A stretch of DNA of 64,000 nt. Source: Camelus dromedarius. Lineage: Eukaryota. Where the stretch lies: contig NC_087436.1 of NCBI RefSeq assembly GCF_036321535.1, positions 47,556,001 to 47,620,000 on the forward strand, in the 5' to 3' direction. The notes below the pieces were generated by a model that had not been told where the DNA came from, searched no databases, and saw nothing but the letters and a program-made list of their open reading frames with translations. Made by a program: the position numbers and the translations under genes. This document shows, in pieces, positions 1 to 12,124 of this stretch (within the stretch, counting starts at the first letter, position 1; every line of letters starts with the position of its first letter).

Positions 1-728
1 TGTAGATTGCTTTGGGTAGTACGGGCACTTTAACAATATTAATTTTTCCAGTCCATGAACATGGACTATCTTTGCATTTCTTTGTATCATCTTCTATTAC
101 CTTCATCAGTGTTTTATAGTTAGGTCTTTTACCTCCTTGGTTAAATTTATTCCTAAGTGTTTTATTCTTTTTGATGCAATTTTAAATGGGATTGTTTCCT
201 GATAGTTCATTATTAGTTTATAGAAAAGTAACAGATTTCTGTATATTAATCTTGAATCCTGCTACTTAACTGAATTATTAGTTCTAATAGTTTTTTTTTT
301 TTTTTTTTGGCGGCTATAAGGTTTTCTATATATAGTATCCTGCCATCTGCAAATAGTGAGAAGTTTACTTCTTCTCTTCCAATTGGATGCTTTTTATTTA
401 TTTTTCTTCTCTGATTACTGTAGCTAGGACTTTAAATACTATGTTAAAGAGAAGTAATGAGAATGGGCATCCTTACCTTTTCTTGAATTTAGAGAAAAGG
501 CTTTCAGCTTTTCATGGTTGAATATGATGTTAACTGTGAGTTTGTCATAAGTAGCCTTTTCTTACGTTGAGATATGTTCCCTCTCTACACTCTATATCCA
601 CTTTGATGAGAGTTTTTATCATGAATGAATATTCTGCTAAGTTCTTTTTTTCTGCATCTGTTGAGAGGATCATGTGATTTTTATCCTTTCTTTTGTTAAT
701 GTGATGTATCACATTGATTGATTTGTAT
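1..728 (-). mobile_element. L1 LINE fragment, ORF2 reverse-transcriptase region (runs off window start)
   Basis: The minus-strand ORF 545-748 reads KSINVIHHINKRKDKNHMILSTDAEK, a typical L1 ORF2 motif. The nucleotide sequence resembles antisense L1 ORF2 throughout. Confidence 0.92.
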
Positions 729-835
729 ACCACATTTTCTTTATTCATTTGTCAATAAACATTAGGTTGCTTCCAGTTTGGCTTTTGTAAATAATGCTAT
801 AGTGAACATGGGTGTGCAAATATCTCTTTGAGACT
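729..835 (-). mobile_element. Short L1 fragment from the 3' end of ORF2
   Basis: ccacattttctttattcattt...ttttgtaaataatgctatagtgaacatgggtgtgcaaatatctctttgaga matches the antisense L1 ORF2 C-terminal region. Confidence 0.75.
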
Positions 836-1109
836 AGATAGCATTTTATACTTACTAAACAGTGAGCCATCTAAGCACATAACTGACAAATCTCCCCTAA
901 GCTGGACTCAAAATAATTTGAATTCAAATTGACATGCAAATGAAAATCAATATGGTGCCATTTGTCAATTTAGAAGACATATGAGGAAGTTCATTCAGAA
1001 TTTGTTTTTTTTCCTCCATTTTTCCCTAAGATCTGCTTGTGAATTTTCTTTTTCTTTCTGTAAATTGTTATGTTTCATTCATTCAGAAATTTTTTTTTTT
1101 TTGCACAAA

Positions 1110-1558
1110 TCCACAAAATTAGAAATAAGAGGGAGAATACTGTAGAGGAAATTAAAATAATTTTAAGAGAATAACTTATTTGAAACCTCTTCAAATATAT
1201 TTGTAAATGTGAAAGAAATGAATGTTTCCAGGAAAATAAAAATTACCAATCTTGTTCAGAAAGAGATAGAACAGTTAAATAGACCATTATCAAGGAATAT
1301 ATTGATAAAATTTCAAAAATCAACTTCCCCTAGTGCAGATGGTTTCATAGGTTCATGTTAACATACTCTCAAAGAAATTACAATTGCAAGTCTATTGAGA
1401 TTACTGTGAGTCCAGAGACAGTAGGTATGTTTCTAATTTTTTTTAAGAAATCTATTATAACAGTGCTACCAAAATTATACAAAGATATCACATAAAAGGA
1501 AACCATAGATTAGTCTCCATTATGAATATCTATAACAGTTTATTAGATAAAATATTAG
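1110..1558 (+). mobile_element. Old L1 (L1M-type) ORF2 fragment, part 1
   Basis: Degenerate sense ORF2 sequence (aaatagaccatt..., cagatggtttcatagg, aaggaaaccatagattagtctccattatgaatat...aaaatattag). Confidence 0.7.
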
Positions 1559-2284
1559 TGTGACTGGAGACTTTTAAAAATAATTGAATTTATTTAATTT
1601 TTAAAATTTTAATTTATGTTTTTATTCCTCATTTTTTCCTTTGTAATAGAGCAGGTGGCCAGCTCTGGACTTGTTTGCCTCAGGGAAAGTTTGTGGCAGT
1701 ATGGAAAACTAGCATTGCGTATAAGATACTTCCTTTTCAGATCTGGTTTCTAAAAGGCAGGGCCTAAAGAGAAGATATGTTACGGGACTTGGAGTGAGAG
1801 ATGGAAAGGAGGGCATCTGAGAGGAACTCAGAGATGGGGAGGGATTCTCCCCAGACTATCATTAAAAGAATGCAGGGGTCTGGGAAGGGGGAATGGAACT
1901 ACGCGGGTTACATGAACAACAGAGGTCTGCCTCTGTTCCTGGCTCTGGGGAGCACCTGGGTACTGTCTGGGCTTGCCATTGTTCTACACATTAAACATGG
2001 TAGAAGAGCAGCAGAACAACTGCCAGGCCTACAGGTAGTATGTGAGGGAGATCAGGGTGCCTTGGTGGGAACAGTGCAGAGTGATGTTTGATGTTTAACC
2101 AGCTCACCTCAAAGCCTTGATCCTCCATAAGGCTCCAAGCCCTTTATACTATTTAGGGGTGGGTGGTGGGACTGCAGATGAGGACAGGGAGTAAAAGTTA
2201 AGCAGATTTAAAGAAAGTAAATAAGATATTTCTTACTCACCTGTGTGTGACACCATTATATTAGCAATTAAATCCATCTTCACA
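1559..2284. mobile_element. Probable solo LTR inserted into the old L1
   Basis: It has TGTGA...TCACA inverted termini and a more GC-rich interior, and it interrupts colinear L1 ORF2 sequence. Family not identified. Confidence 0.5.
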
Positions 2285-2460
2285 GTAAAATAACAAATCT
2301 GAACAATGTGTAGTTAATTTCAAGAATGTAACAATTTTTTAATTTTTGAAAATTTACTGATATAATTCATTACACAAATTAAAGATAAAAAATCATATGA
2401 TCATCCCCATGAATGACAAGAGGGCATATGACAAAAATCAACACCCATAACTGCTTAGCA
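2285..2460 (+). mobile_element. Old L1 ORF2 fragment, part 2
   Basis: aaagataaaaaatcatatgatcatc...catatgacaaaaatcaacaccca encodes a KNHMII...DK.QHP-like motif that continues part 1. Confidence 0.72.
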
Positions 2461-3152
2461 AATATGTCTTTCATATGGAGTTGGAATTGAAAACTAATAT
2501 CCCTTTGGGCAAGCCTATTTGCTTCTTGACAACTATTTTTAAAATATAAAAAAGTATATTTTCCTGTATTTTATTGCTAACATTGAGTCTGTTTTATGGG
2601 ATTCAGAGTAATTCACCCAGAGGTCTAGCATCACATGCTCAATGAAATAGATTTGATTTGTATAGTCCTCAATATTTCTGTAGAAGAGCACATTTTGTAA
2701 AATGGACTTCAGTAGTCAAATATGCAAATATATGATTAAAGGAACGTGTGCAGTATGATAAAAACAAAAGTTCTAATACTCCAAGAGTGATGCTGAAGTA
2801 AGTATGAGCAAGTTAATCATTTTTGTGTCTTTTCAACAATAGCAATTTAGAAATTCTTCACTGTGCATTTTTATTTCTTGGTCATTCTCCTGAGACCTAC
2901 CTGATAGCCAGTAGACTACTTAGCAGTGCAGCTGGTAACAGCATTTCTGAAGGCCATAGAATATAATTTCTTCAGCTCAGATTTCTTCAGAACAGATTCA
3001 GGAGTAGAATTCTCTTTGGATATGAATACATGTGTGACACGTTATTTTCCCTGTTTCTTCTATCTCCCCTATTTCTTCTATCTCCTATGTCTTTTTAAGT
3101 GTTATTTTTCTGGATCCAGATTAAAACTTCTTGACGTTCAGTGTTTAGTTAG

Positions 3153-3181
3153 TGTGTGTGTCTGTATGTGTGTGTGTGTGT
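3153..3181. repeat. Imperfect (TG)n microsatellite
   Basis: tgtgtgtgtctgtatgtgtgtgtgtgtgt. Confidence 0.85.
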
Positions 3182-4162
3182 TTAGGAGAGGAGTTTGGTA
3201 TATATAAAGGACCATATAGCTAGAAATCAAGCTGAAGTTTACCCCCGTGTCTGAGTAGCACTCCTTTGAAGTAATTTTGTCTTCTCAGAGGGGAGAGAAT
3301 CATTATGCTGTACTTCATGTTGAACATGGCCTCGTGTGCCTGCAAATTGGACTACTGGGAAGCATTAGGATCAAGAAAATATGGGCTGCTTTTACCTTGT
3401 ACGTACTTAACAACTTTCACATGAGGGGAGAACCTCACATTAGACAAAGTATGATTAAAGGCAGAAGTTGAATTGAGAGGATTACACTAATGCCCTCCAG
3501 AACGTGGTGGCCTAGAGAGTCTTATTTGTTGGGTTTGAAGGTTGCCTTTTTTCTTAAATTCTTTTTGCGTTAACGTGTATTTTCCTTTCTTTTCAATTCT
3601 TCAAACTGGGACGTATTCAGTAAATTTTGTCTGGTGGAAAAGACACTCATCTGTGTATGGTGGTGTAATGGAAAGAAACAGGAAATGAAAGCCTGTTTTC
3701 AAGATTAACGTAGAGGATTTTCCACTTTCTTAGACCAGGTAAAATAGTACACAGAAATAATAGATACGCAGGAGAGATGGAAAGTTTATTACTAGCAAGC
3801 TAAGAAATACATTAAGTGAGACACATGCAAGAACTTACTCTGGTGGAAATGTGGAGAACAGGAGCTTGTGGGGCCTCCCACCGGGACATCTCCCCGGGGA
3901 CTGTGTACGTGAAAGGAAGGAGCAGCAGCAGACCACAGGATGCCTGCTGACCCGGCTTGTTGTGAAGTCAGATTGGGCTTTAAAGGCCTGCCTTACCTTC
4001 CTTATTGGGCCAGGCATGGGTAAATTCCTTAGAGGTCCTATTTATTAAATAATGCCTTTCTTTTTCTGGGAATGTGAGTAACTTTGCTTGCTTGTTCAAA
4101 AAAAATGAAACAGAGCCTTTGTAGAGAGTGTTGGCAGTAAGGACAAGCAAGGAAGCAGGGTA

Positions 4163-4850
4163 TTGTATCATAAGGATAATTTTTACTGCACATAAGAAAA
4201 AACTCAACTCTAACTGGCTTATTAAATAAAAGAGATTTATTGGCGCATGTTACTGAATAAGTCCAGAGGTAGGACAGGCTACAGGGAAGTTGGGTCTGGG
4301 CCCTTGTTGTGTTTCTCTGCAATTTACTCAGTTTGTCCTCTTGTCACTCAGATTTGTTCACATATTGGCTTTGTCTTCATCCTCTCTTCGTGCACAAGGT
4401 GGCCTCAGCTTCTAGACCTTGTATCATCACAGCACATTTTTCCAGAGCAGGAGATAACACTCGTCAGGGCCAATGTGCCACACTACTCCAGGGGGCACAA
4501 TTCACAAAGAATAATGTGGCTCTCAGAGTGGTGACAAGTGGTGGACTGGCATCTGTGTCCTAGAATTCCTAGCAAAACTCTTGATTATCCCTAGGTTTGG
4601 ACTGGTGTAGGGTCCAAACACTGGGATAATCAAGGTCCCACAGGGTCCTGTCTCTACCCATGAACCAATCAATGTCAGGGGGCTAGAATGCCTTGATTGG
4701 GTTAGTCTAGGGCCATGGGAGTCAACTCTGTAGAAAAATATAGAGTAAGATTCATTGAAACTACATGGATTTCCAAAAAAAATTGGGATGATTTATAAAG
4801 AGTAAGTGAGGAATGATAGTTGCAGAGGAAACCAACAATATACTGCTTTA
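4163..4850 (-). mobile_element. Old MaLR LTR (MLT1J/K-like)
   Basis: aaactcaactctaactggctta...gatttattggcgcatgttactgaataagtccagagg and ...gaaccaatcaatgtcagggggctagaatg resemble antisense MLT1J/K. Confidence 0.6.
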
Positions 4851-4949
4851 GCTGCTTTGGATGAGAACGACCCTTTCGCCCTATGACAGCTACCACTAGT
4901 GCTCAGCCTCTCTGACACTCTTCAAGGTTCCTGCCTTCCTCTTTCCTTT

Positions 4950-5150
4950 CACTTTTTAAACTATTCTGTTTGGTTTCTGCCTCCACCATTCCACTGAAAC
5001 AGCTCGTGTCTTGTCAAGTCCAATGGAAGTTTCTAAGTCTTGACATACTTGACCTGTGTAGTATTTAATAATTTGATTACTACTTCCACTCCTTTGATTT
5101 TTCTCTATCTTTGATTTCTTTGACTTGTTACTAGTCATCTTCTACTAAAG
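4950..5150 (+). mobile_element. L2 LINE fragment
   Basis: ctccaccattccactgaaacagctc...gtcaag...acttgacctg is the L2 RT 'HSTETAL' region. Confidence 0.7.
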
Positions 5151-5230
5151 TCATTCATGATTATCTAAATTCCTAAAGTGGACTCTGGTGAGTTCTCAAC
5201 ATTATATTATTGATCATTCCCTTCAGTTTT

Positions 5231-5368
5231 GTTTTATTTTTTGGTTGGTGGGTGAGTAGGTAATTAGGTTTATTTATTTATTTATTTTAAATGGAGGTAC
5301 TGCAGACTGAACTGAGGATCTTGTGCATGCTAAGCACGCACTCTACCACTGAGCTATACCTTCCCCCC
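5231..5368 (-). mobile_element. Camelid tRNA-derived SINE (Vic-1-like), full length
   Basis: The minus strand reads GGGGGGAAGGTATAGCTCAGTGGTAGAGTGCGTGCTTAGCATGCACAAGATCCTCAGTTCAG...ACCTCC plus an (AAAT)n tail. A perfect 14-bp TSD ttcccttcagtttt lies at 5217-5230 and 5369-5382. Confidence 0.92.
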
Positions 5369-6199
5369 TTCCCTTCAGTTTTAAAATGAAATGTTTCTCA
5401 TTTCAATAAAAAGTAATTATTATAGAATACAGTTATATATCATACGATTATGTAATACTTTATAATATCATTATGGATAATTTGGAAAGTTCAGAATAAA
5501 AGGAAGACCATACATATCCATAGTCCTATAACCCAGATATAAACATTATTTCTAATGCAGTCTATTTGATATAAATATTTTAAAATATGTGTGATTAAAT
5601 GATTTTGAACAAAGGTCTTTACGCTATTTAAATTTATTTATCTATGAGGATCACTGTAGGAAAACTGAGAAGCAGAGAAATATATCTCATACCCCAGAGA
5701 CAGTCAGAATTAGCATTTTCCCATTTCCTTACTGTTATGAGATGGCACGAAAAAATGCTTGGAAAGTTAACATCTGCAGCAGGAGTTCTGTTCATCTTTT
5801 ACAATGGAAAAAATCCCAACAATTTTGTCTGGACAATGTGGGTTTTAATGTTATCATCATTCAAGTTCCTTTGCAATGGAAATAATCATTATGTTGTCCT
5901 ATGCTGTTTTTTTGCAGGGGTGTAAAAAAATATTTTATTTATTCTCTCAGCATACTGACTAATCCTTTAAATATTTTCTTCATTATTTGCAAGGTGCTAA
6001 CAGAATAGAATTAGTTGTTGCTTTATGAGCCATCAAAAATGGTAGTAGGTTCTATGTCAGCTCTGGGGTAAAGGGGAGGGGGCACAAGCTTGACTTCCTG
6101 ATCTGGTGAAGGAGAGGAAGCAGCAGGTAGAAGCTGAAGGAAGCAGAGCTGAGCTTTCCTCTCCAGGCTGCATAATCCACCTGACCAGGCATCATCCAA

Positions 6200-7100
6200 C
6201 TAGATGCCTGAGTCAGAAGAACACAGAAAACCTCCTCAACAGTGATTATCTCTTTTTGATTAACTCTTATTTGCTGGAAGAAGTCTCTAAGGTTTTCCAA
6301 GAAAATCTTTGAATAGTGTCCTTTTAAGCTGTTGTATTCTTGAGAACAAATTTTGTTGCCTTTGCACAGTGGTTGAGTATAAAAATTTTGGTGCACCATC
6401 TTTCTCCTCATTGGTTTTTTTTTTTTTTTTTTTTGCATTTACTGTTTTAACTTGATAAGTCTAATGACTACCTAAATCTTACTCTTTTGAAAAAATATCC
6501 TCTCCATCCTTGTAGACATTTTAATTTTTCTCTGCCATTCAAATATTTTGTTAAATAATTTTAGCTATGACCTTTTATTGAGTTTACAAGAATATGGTGT
6601 CTCTTAATGAGAACTCAGGTGTTCTATTTTCACGTCAACAAAGTTTTTTTTTTTCCAATTATGTCTTTAATTATTCTGTTGGATCCAGTTATTATAATCT
6701 CTTTGTTTAGGATGCTAAAATTCTTAACCTTAAATCTTCATTTTCCTTGGATATGCCATTCTCTCTTTTATCATTATTTCTTTGTCTTTTTGAGTCTAAG
6801 CTCTAGTAGAGCATTTTAAAATTTGTCCTTCATAGCGCTGATACAATTTTTCACAATTTCAATAATATATTACTACCTTCTATAAGAATGTAAATTATAT
6901 AATTGAACTTTAATTTCTTTCTATCCATCCATCCTTGTTTCACATTTATTTTATTGCCTTTCCATCTCAGTGTATTTACTTTCTCTTCTTGTCTCTTAGA
7001 GACAATTTTTCCCTATATTCCGCTAAGGATACCAAACTAAACTGTTTTCAGCCTCCTACATGATGGTTCCTCTGAGTTTTCATTAAAAACTACAGTCTGA
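6200..7100 (-). mobile_element. Highly degenerate old L1/HAL1-like sequence
   Basis: T-rich degenerate sequence with a gagtataaaattttgg motif typical of antisense old L1ME/HAL1. The match is weak. Confidence 0.35.
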
Positions 7101-7959
7101 ATGTTTTTCCCATAAAAGGATCTCTGTTTTTTTCCTACCTTCTCAAAAGACAAATGTGTCCATACTTGGTGTTTCAGAAAGCAAGGTGTGTGAGTTGCCC
7201 TCTCCCCTATTCTCTGCCCATGGTTCTAGAGGAATCTTCTTCATGTGCTGAAGGCAAATTCACAGGTGGCCCATTTCCTAGGGCTTGAAAACCTTTGGTT
7301 AACTCCATTTGGTTTTGCTGAAATAGTGTCTTCATTTACCTCCTAGCTCAAGTACTTGGGGGAAACAAACCTACAATTCTATGCACTCACTGCCTCTAAG
7401 ACTTTGACTCCTGGAAGGCAATACATCACCACTACTTCTAAATAAACTGTCCTTCCCTCTCTTTCTCTCTCAGTGCATTCCTGGAAGTTTCTTCATTAAA
7501 TTGTAGAAGAGTGAAGAACTGGTAGAGGTGGTAAGAGACCAGTAGTTTGCTTGTCTTTAAAAATCAACATTGGTGGCTTTCCAATTTTGTGATTTTGAAT
7601 TTTCTGTATAGTAAGGGAAAGAGATGAAGGGTCTCCCTATGGACTTTTGGGCAAGCAGGCAAAGGGAGATTTGGCACAGGTGGTCTATTCTGTGTGTTCA
7701 GCTTAAAGCAGATGTACTTCCCAGATTCTAGTATTCGGTTGATTATTTGGCCTACTTTAAGACACTGAGAGGTTTTTCTCTTTCTATGTCTGCATGGATG
7801 TTTTGGTAAGAAGTTACAAGGGATTTCTTTCCCAGGAACAGAACTAGCTACCACTTTGGCTTCCAACTTGCATTGTTGCTACCACTGAAGCATCTTTCAT
7901 TCTCTTTGACAATATACAGCTAATCCTTGCTTTTAGACTCCAGTAAGTTACCTAGAGGC

Positions 7960-8170
7960 AGTTCTTTAGCTGTTACTGGGTATCTGCAACAACATGTCAC
8001 TTATGTACCTCAAATTCAATAGTCAATTTAATCCCCTTGCCTCAGCCTGCTTTTTCCTGTGTATTTCTGTCTTGCGTGACAACAATATTTATCCCATCAC
8101 TTAAGCCAGAGACATGGGAGTCCACCTAGAATTTTATTTCCTCTCCTTAATTCCTCAAATCTAATCAATA
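7960..8170 (+). mobile_element. L2 fragment
   Basis: cctcaaattcaa...cccatcacttaagccagagacatgggagtccacctaga resembles the L2 3' ORF region. Confidence 0.65.
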
Positions 8171-8954
8171 ATAATGTCAACTAATTATGCAACACTTATT
8201 ATATGCTCTTAAACATATAAACAGTGCTCTTAAACACTTTGCCTATGTTAACTTGTTTCGTCTCTGTGATTACCTTATGGAGCAGGTCTCCTTTAATCAG
8301 GCCTGAAGTTCCTTTCCAGTCCATGGCTGCACTGTGCATGTTCCTGTATTTCTTGGCCAGGGGAAGCAAGAAGAATGGGTTTGGGTTTGGACCATCACCC
8401 CAGCAGGTTGACAGTAGATCCTTCACAGGATTCCCATTCTCTTCCCAGGGCCTGGTTCTCATAGATGGCTCCCCTACTTTAGTTCCAGTCTGACAGAAGA
8501 GGACGAGCCCCTGACAGGATTATCTATTCTGAAACTGAACAGTAGAAGGCAATGTCTTCTTTTTCATTGGCTTATTTACCCCAGGACCCACACAGAGGAA
8601 TTAGAAGATAGCTATTTTCATCTCCAATGATTAATGTGGTATCGAGAGATAACTTTAGTGTTGGATGATATAAAAACATTTCTCAGGCTAGGTCATGTTG
8701 ACCTAATATAATTTTTAATCTATTGTGTATTTTCAACTCCAAACATATTTACTCTCTGCGTCTCAGTAGGTCACTGTGACTTTGTTTTATTCATTCACAG
8801 TGAGAAAAAATACATACTCTTTACAGAAAATTCTCAAACTTTGTGTAATACTTGCCTCATATTTTCATCTTAATCTCCCGCATTTATTATGCACAGGACT
8901 TTAAGAAATGTCCCACAGAATTACCTTACTAAATTGAAAGTATGACTGCAATAG

Positions 8955-9200
8955 TTCCAGCCAGTATTTATTGATTTCTGTGTCCTAGGCACTGTTTCTG
9001 GCACGTTGTGTGCAATAATTCATGCACACTTTCACCACAACCCTATGACGTGGGTGCTATTTTTGTCCCTACTCTACAGAAGAGGAAACTGAGGCACAGA
9101 ATGGTAAGTATCTCCCCCAAATGACCCAAAGAGCAAGTGACAGAGCCAGGATTAGGTCTGGGCAATCTGGCTTTAGAGGCCATGCTTTTACCCGCTAACC
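8955..9200 (-). mobile_element. MIR SINE
   Basis: MIR core in antisense (acagaagaggaaactgaggcacaga), with cacaaccctatga and gacagagccaggatt. Confidence 0.85.
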
Positions 9201-9379
9201 TGCTTAAAACCTCCTGATATGTCCTATAAGCGATCTGATAAAGTCAATGTTCCTTCGTGCAGAACACATTCCTCTCTGCCTCCCTACATGTCAGATTTAT
9301 CAGTACCAAACAGCTTATTGCTGCCTGCACATACCAAGATAATCCACACTTACATGCCTTGAAGCCTTCCCTCTTACTG

Positions 9380-9562
9380 ATTCTCCCTCCTCTTCTCCCT
9401 TTTGTCCAGCTGGTATCTCTGTCTCTCTCCCTTTCTCTCTCCCTCCCTCCCTCTTTCTCCCTCCTCTCTCCTCTCTCTTCTTCTCCTAACAAGTTATTTC
9501 TATCCTGAGCTAGTTCCTTTGCTTCCTTTTGTTTCTCTTTCCTTCCCATCTCCTTCCTCCAT
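9380..9562. repeat. CT-rich low-complexity polypyrimidine tract
   Basis: Runs of ctctctcc/ccctccct with few purines. Confidence 0.7.
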
Positions 9563-9579
9563 TCCTACTAGAAGTGAAG

Positions 9580-9732
9580 CAGCCATCCCTGGGTAGCTGC
9601 AGGGGATTGGTTCCAAGACCCCGAAAAGATGCTGAAATCCACGAATGCCCAAGTCCCTTATATAAAATAGTGTAGCTCAGTCAGCCCTCCACATCTGTAG
9701 GTTTTACATCTGTGGGTACAGAGGACCAGCTG
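9580..9732 (+). mobile_element. MER2-like Tigger-family MITE, internally shortened
   Basis: Starts cagccatccct...ggggattggttccaagacccc...caagtcccttatataaaat and ends ...gggtacagaggaccagctg, giving imperfect TIRs. Confidence 0.7.
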
Positions 9733-12124
9733 TCTTATCTTAGGGGTATGTGGCATTTCCTTAAAAGGTGAAGATCATGTTCAGTATCTGATAAAAAAGT
9801 GAGAATAGTGGCTTATAACTGACTCATCCTAGTCACCTTGAATAATCATTGAATGGCCTTCTCCAACTATGCTTGAATATGCTTTGGATTTCTAGAACCC
9901 AAACCATCTCTGGAATTATCAAAGAATTAATTAGATTCTAATGATCTAATAATTTTCTAATTATTATTTTACTTTAAGTATAAGAAAACTTAGTCCCAGG
10001 GACATTGACTTGGCCAAGATCACACAGTTAATTCCAAATCAAGTCCAGTTTTTCTGACTCAGAAGAGTATTCTCTCCTCTGTACCTTCTAAGCCTGGTTA
10101 GAAAGGGGGAGAAAATGGAAAATATTCTTGCTTTACTTCTTGTTCCACATTTTTTTATTCTGCCAGCAATCTGTTTTTCCCTTTGGGCCTAAGTTTGATA
10201 TGTAAATATCTGCTTCTCTTTTTTGGGAGGGTACCAGGTAGATTCTCTTAGCTCTCTTCTTTCTTTTCCTCTAATCTTCCCCTCAGGCTAACCCTTTCTC
10301 TTGCCGTATCTCAAGTTCATGGCTCTGATTGCTCCTAAGAAAACATTATGCAAACCATCATCGTTATTAATCTCTGAAGTATTTAATAATACTAGTACAG
10401 AAATGCAGAAATCATGTGCATGTCATATGGATGGCATGTGTACTTTCATTGTCCATCATTAAAAAGAAATATTACTCAAGCTTTTATTTGTGTGTGTGCA
10501 GTAAATAAAACAGCTTGACCCTTCGAGAAAATAGAAATACAGATTCAGTTGTGTCAATATCATGGATATTCTTCCTTTCTCATTAAGATTAAACAGTAAA
10601 TTATCTAACAAGGACTGTATGTATGGACCAGAGCCTACAGACATATACGTGCATATGTGGCCTCAGTGAGAGCTACCACAGGTAAAGGTCACAGGAAAGA
10701 GAGCGGCTACACAGACATCAGGGTAATAGCAACTATTTACTGACAGCCAGACATTTCAAATTTCAAATAATTTCATGGATCCCACAACCACTTCAAAAGC
10801 AACTGGTCAGGAAACAGACAAGTCATGAATTTGAATATTTCTGAGATTCCGGAAACTCAAAAGCAGAGCCTTTAGATATTTGCATTAAGGTAGATTACGA
10901 GCAATTATTTTATTTCTGGAAATAGCTCAAAGCCTTTTGTGGAAGCAGCAGACTAAGACCATTTTCTGCCTTTGAATGATGCCTGTATACTGTTAGAAAT
11001 TTGAAGACTATTGAAAGAAATAAATCCTGAAATCCTGAAAAATATATTTTGTGCTTAAAACATAAGATTTTCTTTCAAAAAGTAGCACTCTGAAATACTT
11101 TCTCTACCAGGTAAATGAAATTGATCTTTGAGGTGTTTCTCAAACTGGTTATAAGCATTTCAACTTGCAGAAGTGCATCTGATGTTTTATACGTTTGTCA
11201 AATTCTACTTCAGGGGATATGTATAAGCAGGGAGCAATCATTAATTTTGATGACTATTTTGATTTTTTGATCATTATAATTAAATATTAAAAAAACTAAG
11301 TAAAAATGTTACGTTTGATACATAGCAAATGGAGGGTCTTTTTTTTGGCAATTTTTGATTTTTAGGGACATTGATCTTACAATCTTATATTTCTCATAAG
11401 TAAATTAAATGATTGAGACCTTTAAAGTATAATTATTCAAAGTAGTAAAAACAAAACAATTAGATTGTGGTTATTTCATTTTTCGGTATTGACATTTCCA
11501 GAGATCATTCTGAGGACTACTTATTTTTAAATGAACAAAAATGTTTCTATTCCAAATCCATGAAAGTGGGCATCAGTCTTTCAGGAAACAAGTCATCCCC
11601 TGGCACCATTCAAACCTAGTATTTGGGAGTGGATTTTTGTTATAAAAATACATAAAATCTAGCTATAACCAGTTTACAATTGTGTAAAATTGGCTTTGCT
11701 TTTCTTAAGGCGCATCCTTGCCCAGAGAACCCCCCACAGGGAGGCAGTGTGGTCTAGAGAATACAACACCCATCTTATACCTTCCTTCTAGCTTTGCCAC
11801 TGACCTCTATGTCACCTCTAAAGCTTTAGTTATCTTTTATAGTCTCCTTTTGTCATTCTAGTCACAAAGGCACCCTTTTCTTTTATGTAAAACTCCTCTA
11901 TTCTGGCTAACTAGATTTGTCTTTTAATTAGAAATATGCTTGTATGAGAGATGAGGGAAAAATTCCTTATCCATGTATAAATGAGTGACTGACAGACCTC
12001 AATTAGGAACATGCAAATATCTGCATAGCAGTTGATACTCTGCGCCATGTCCCATACTGCCTCACAAACGTGTCACAGCTCCCTACATCACAGGCTCGTT
12101 ACAGGTGGGTAAGGAACTTTGGAC

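Noticed and set aside
926..971. Hairpin aaattgaca...tgtcaattt as a miRNA precursor
   Set aside because: The stem is only about 9 bp and AT-rich, with no recognisable miRNA.
5290..5368. tRNA gene
   Set aside because: It is the tRNA-like head of a SINE with a tail and TSD, and the B-box is degenerate.
9244..9596. Overlapping ER-rich and LS-rich ORFs
   Set aside because: They arise from a CT low-complexity tract.
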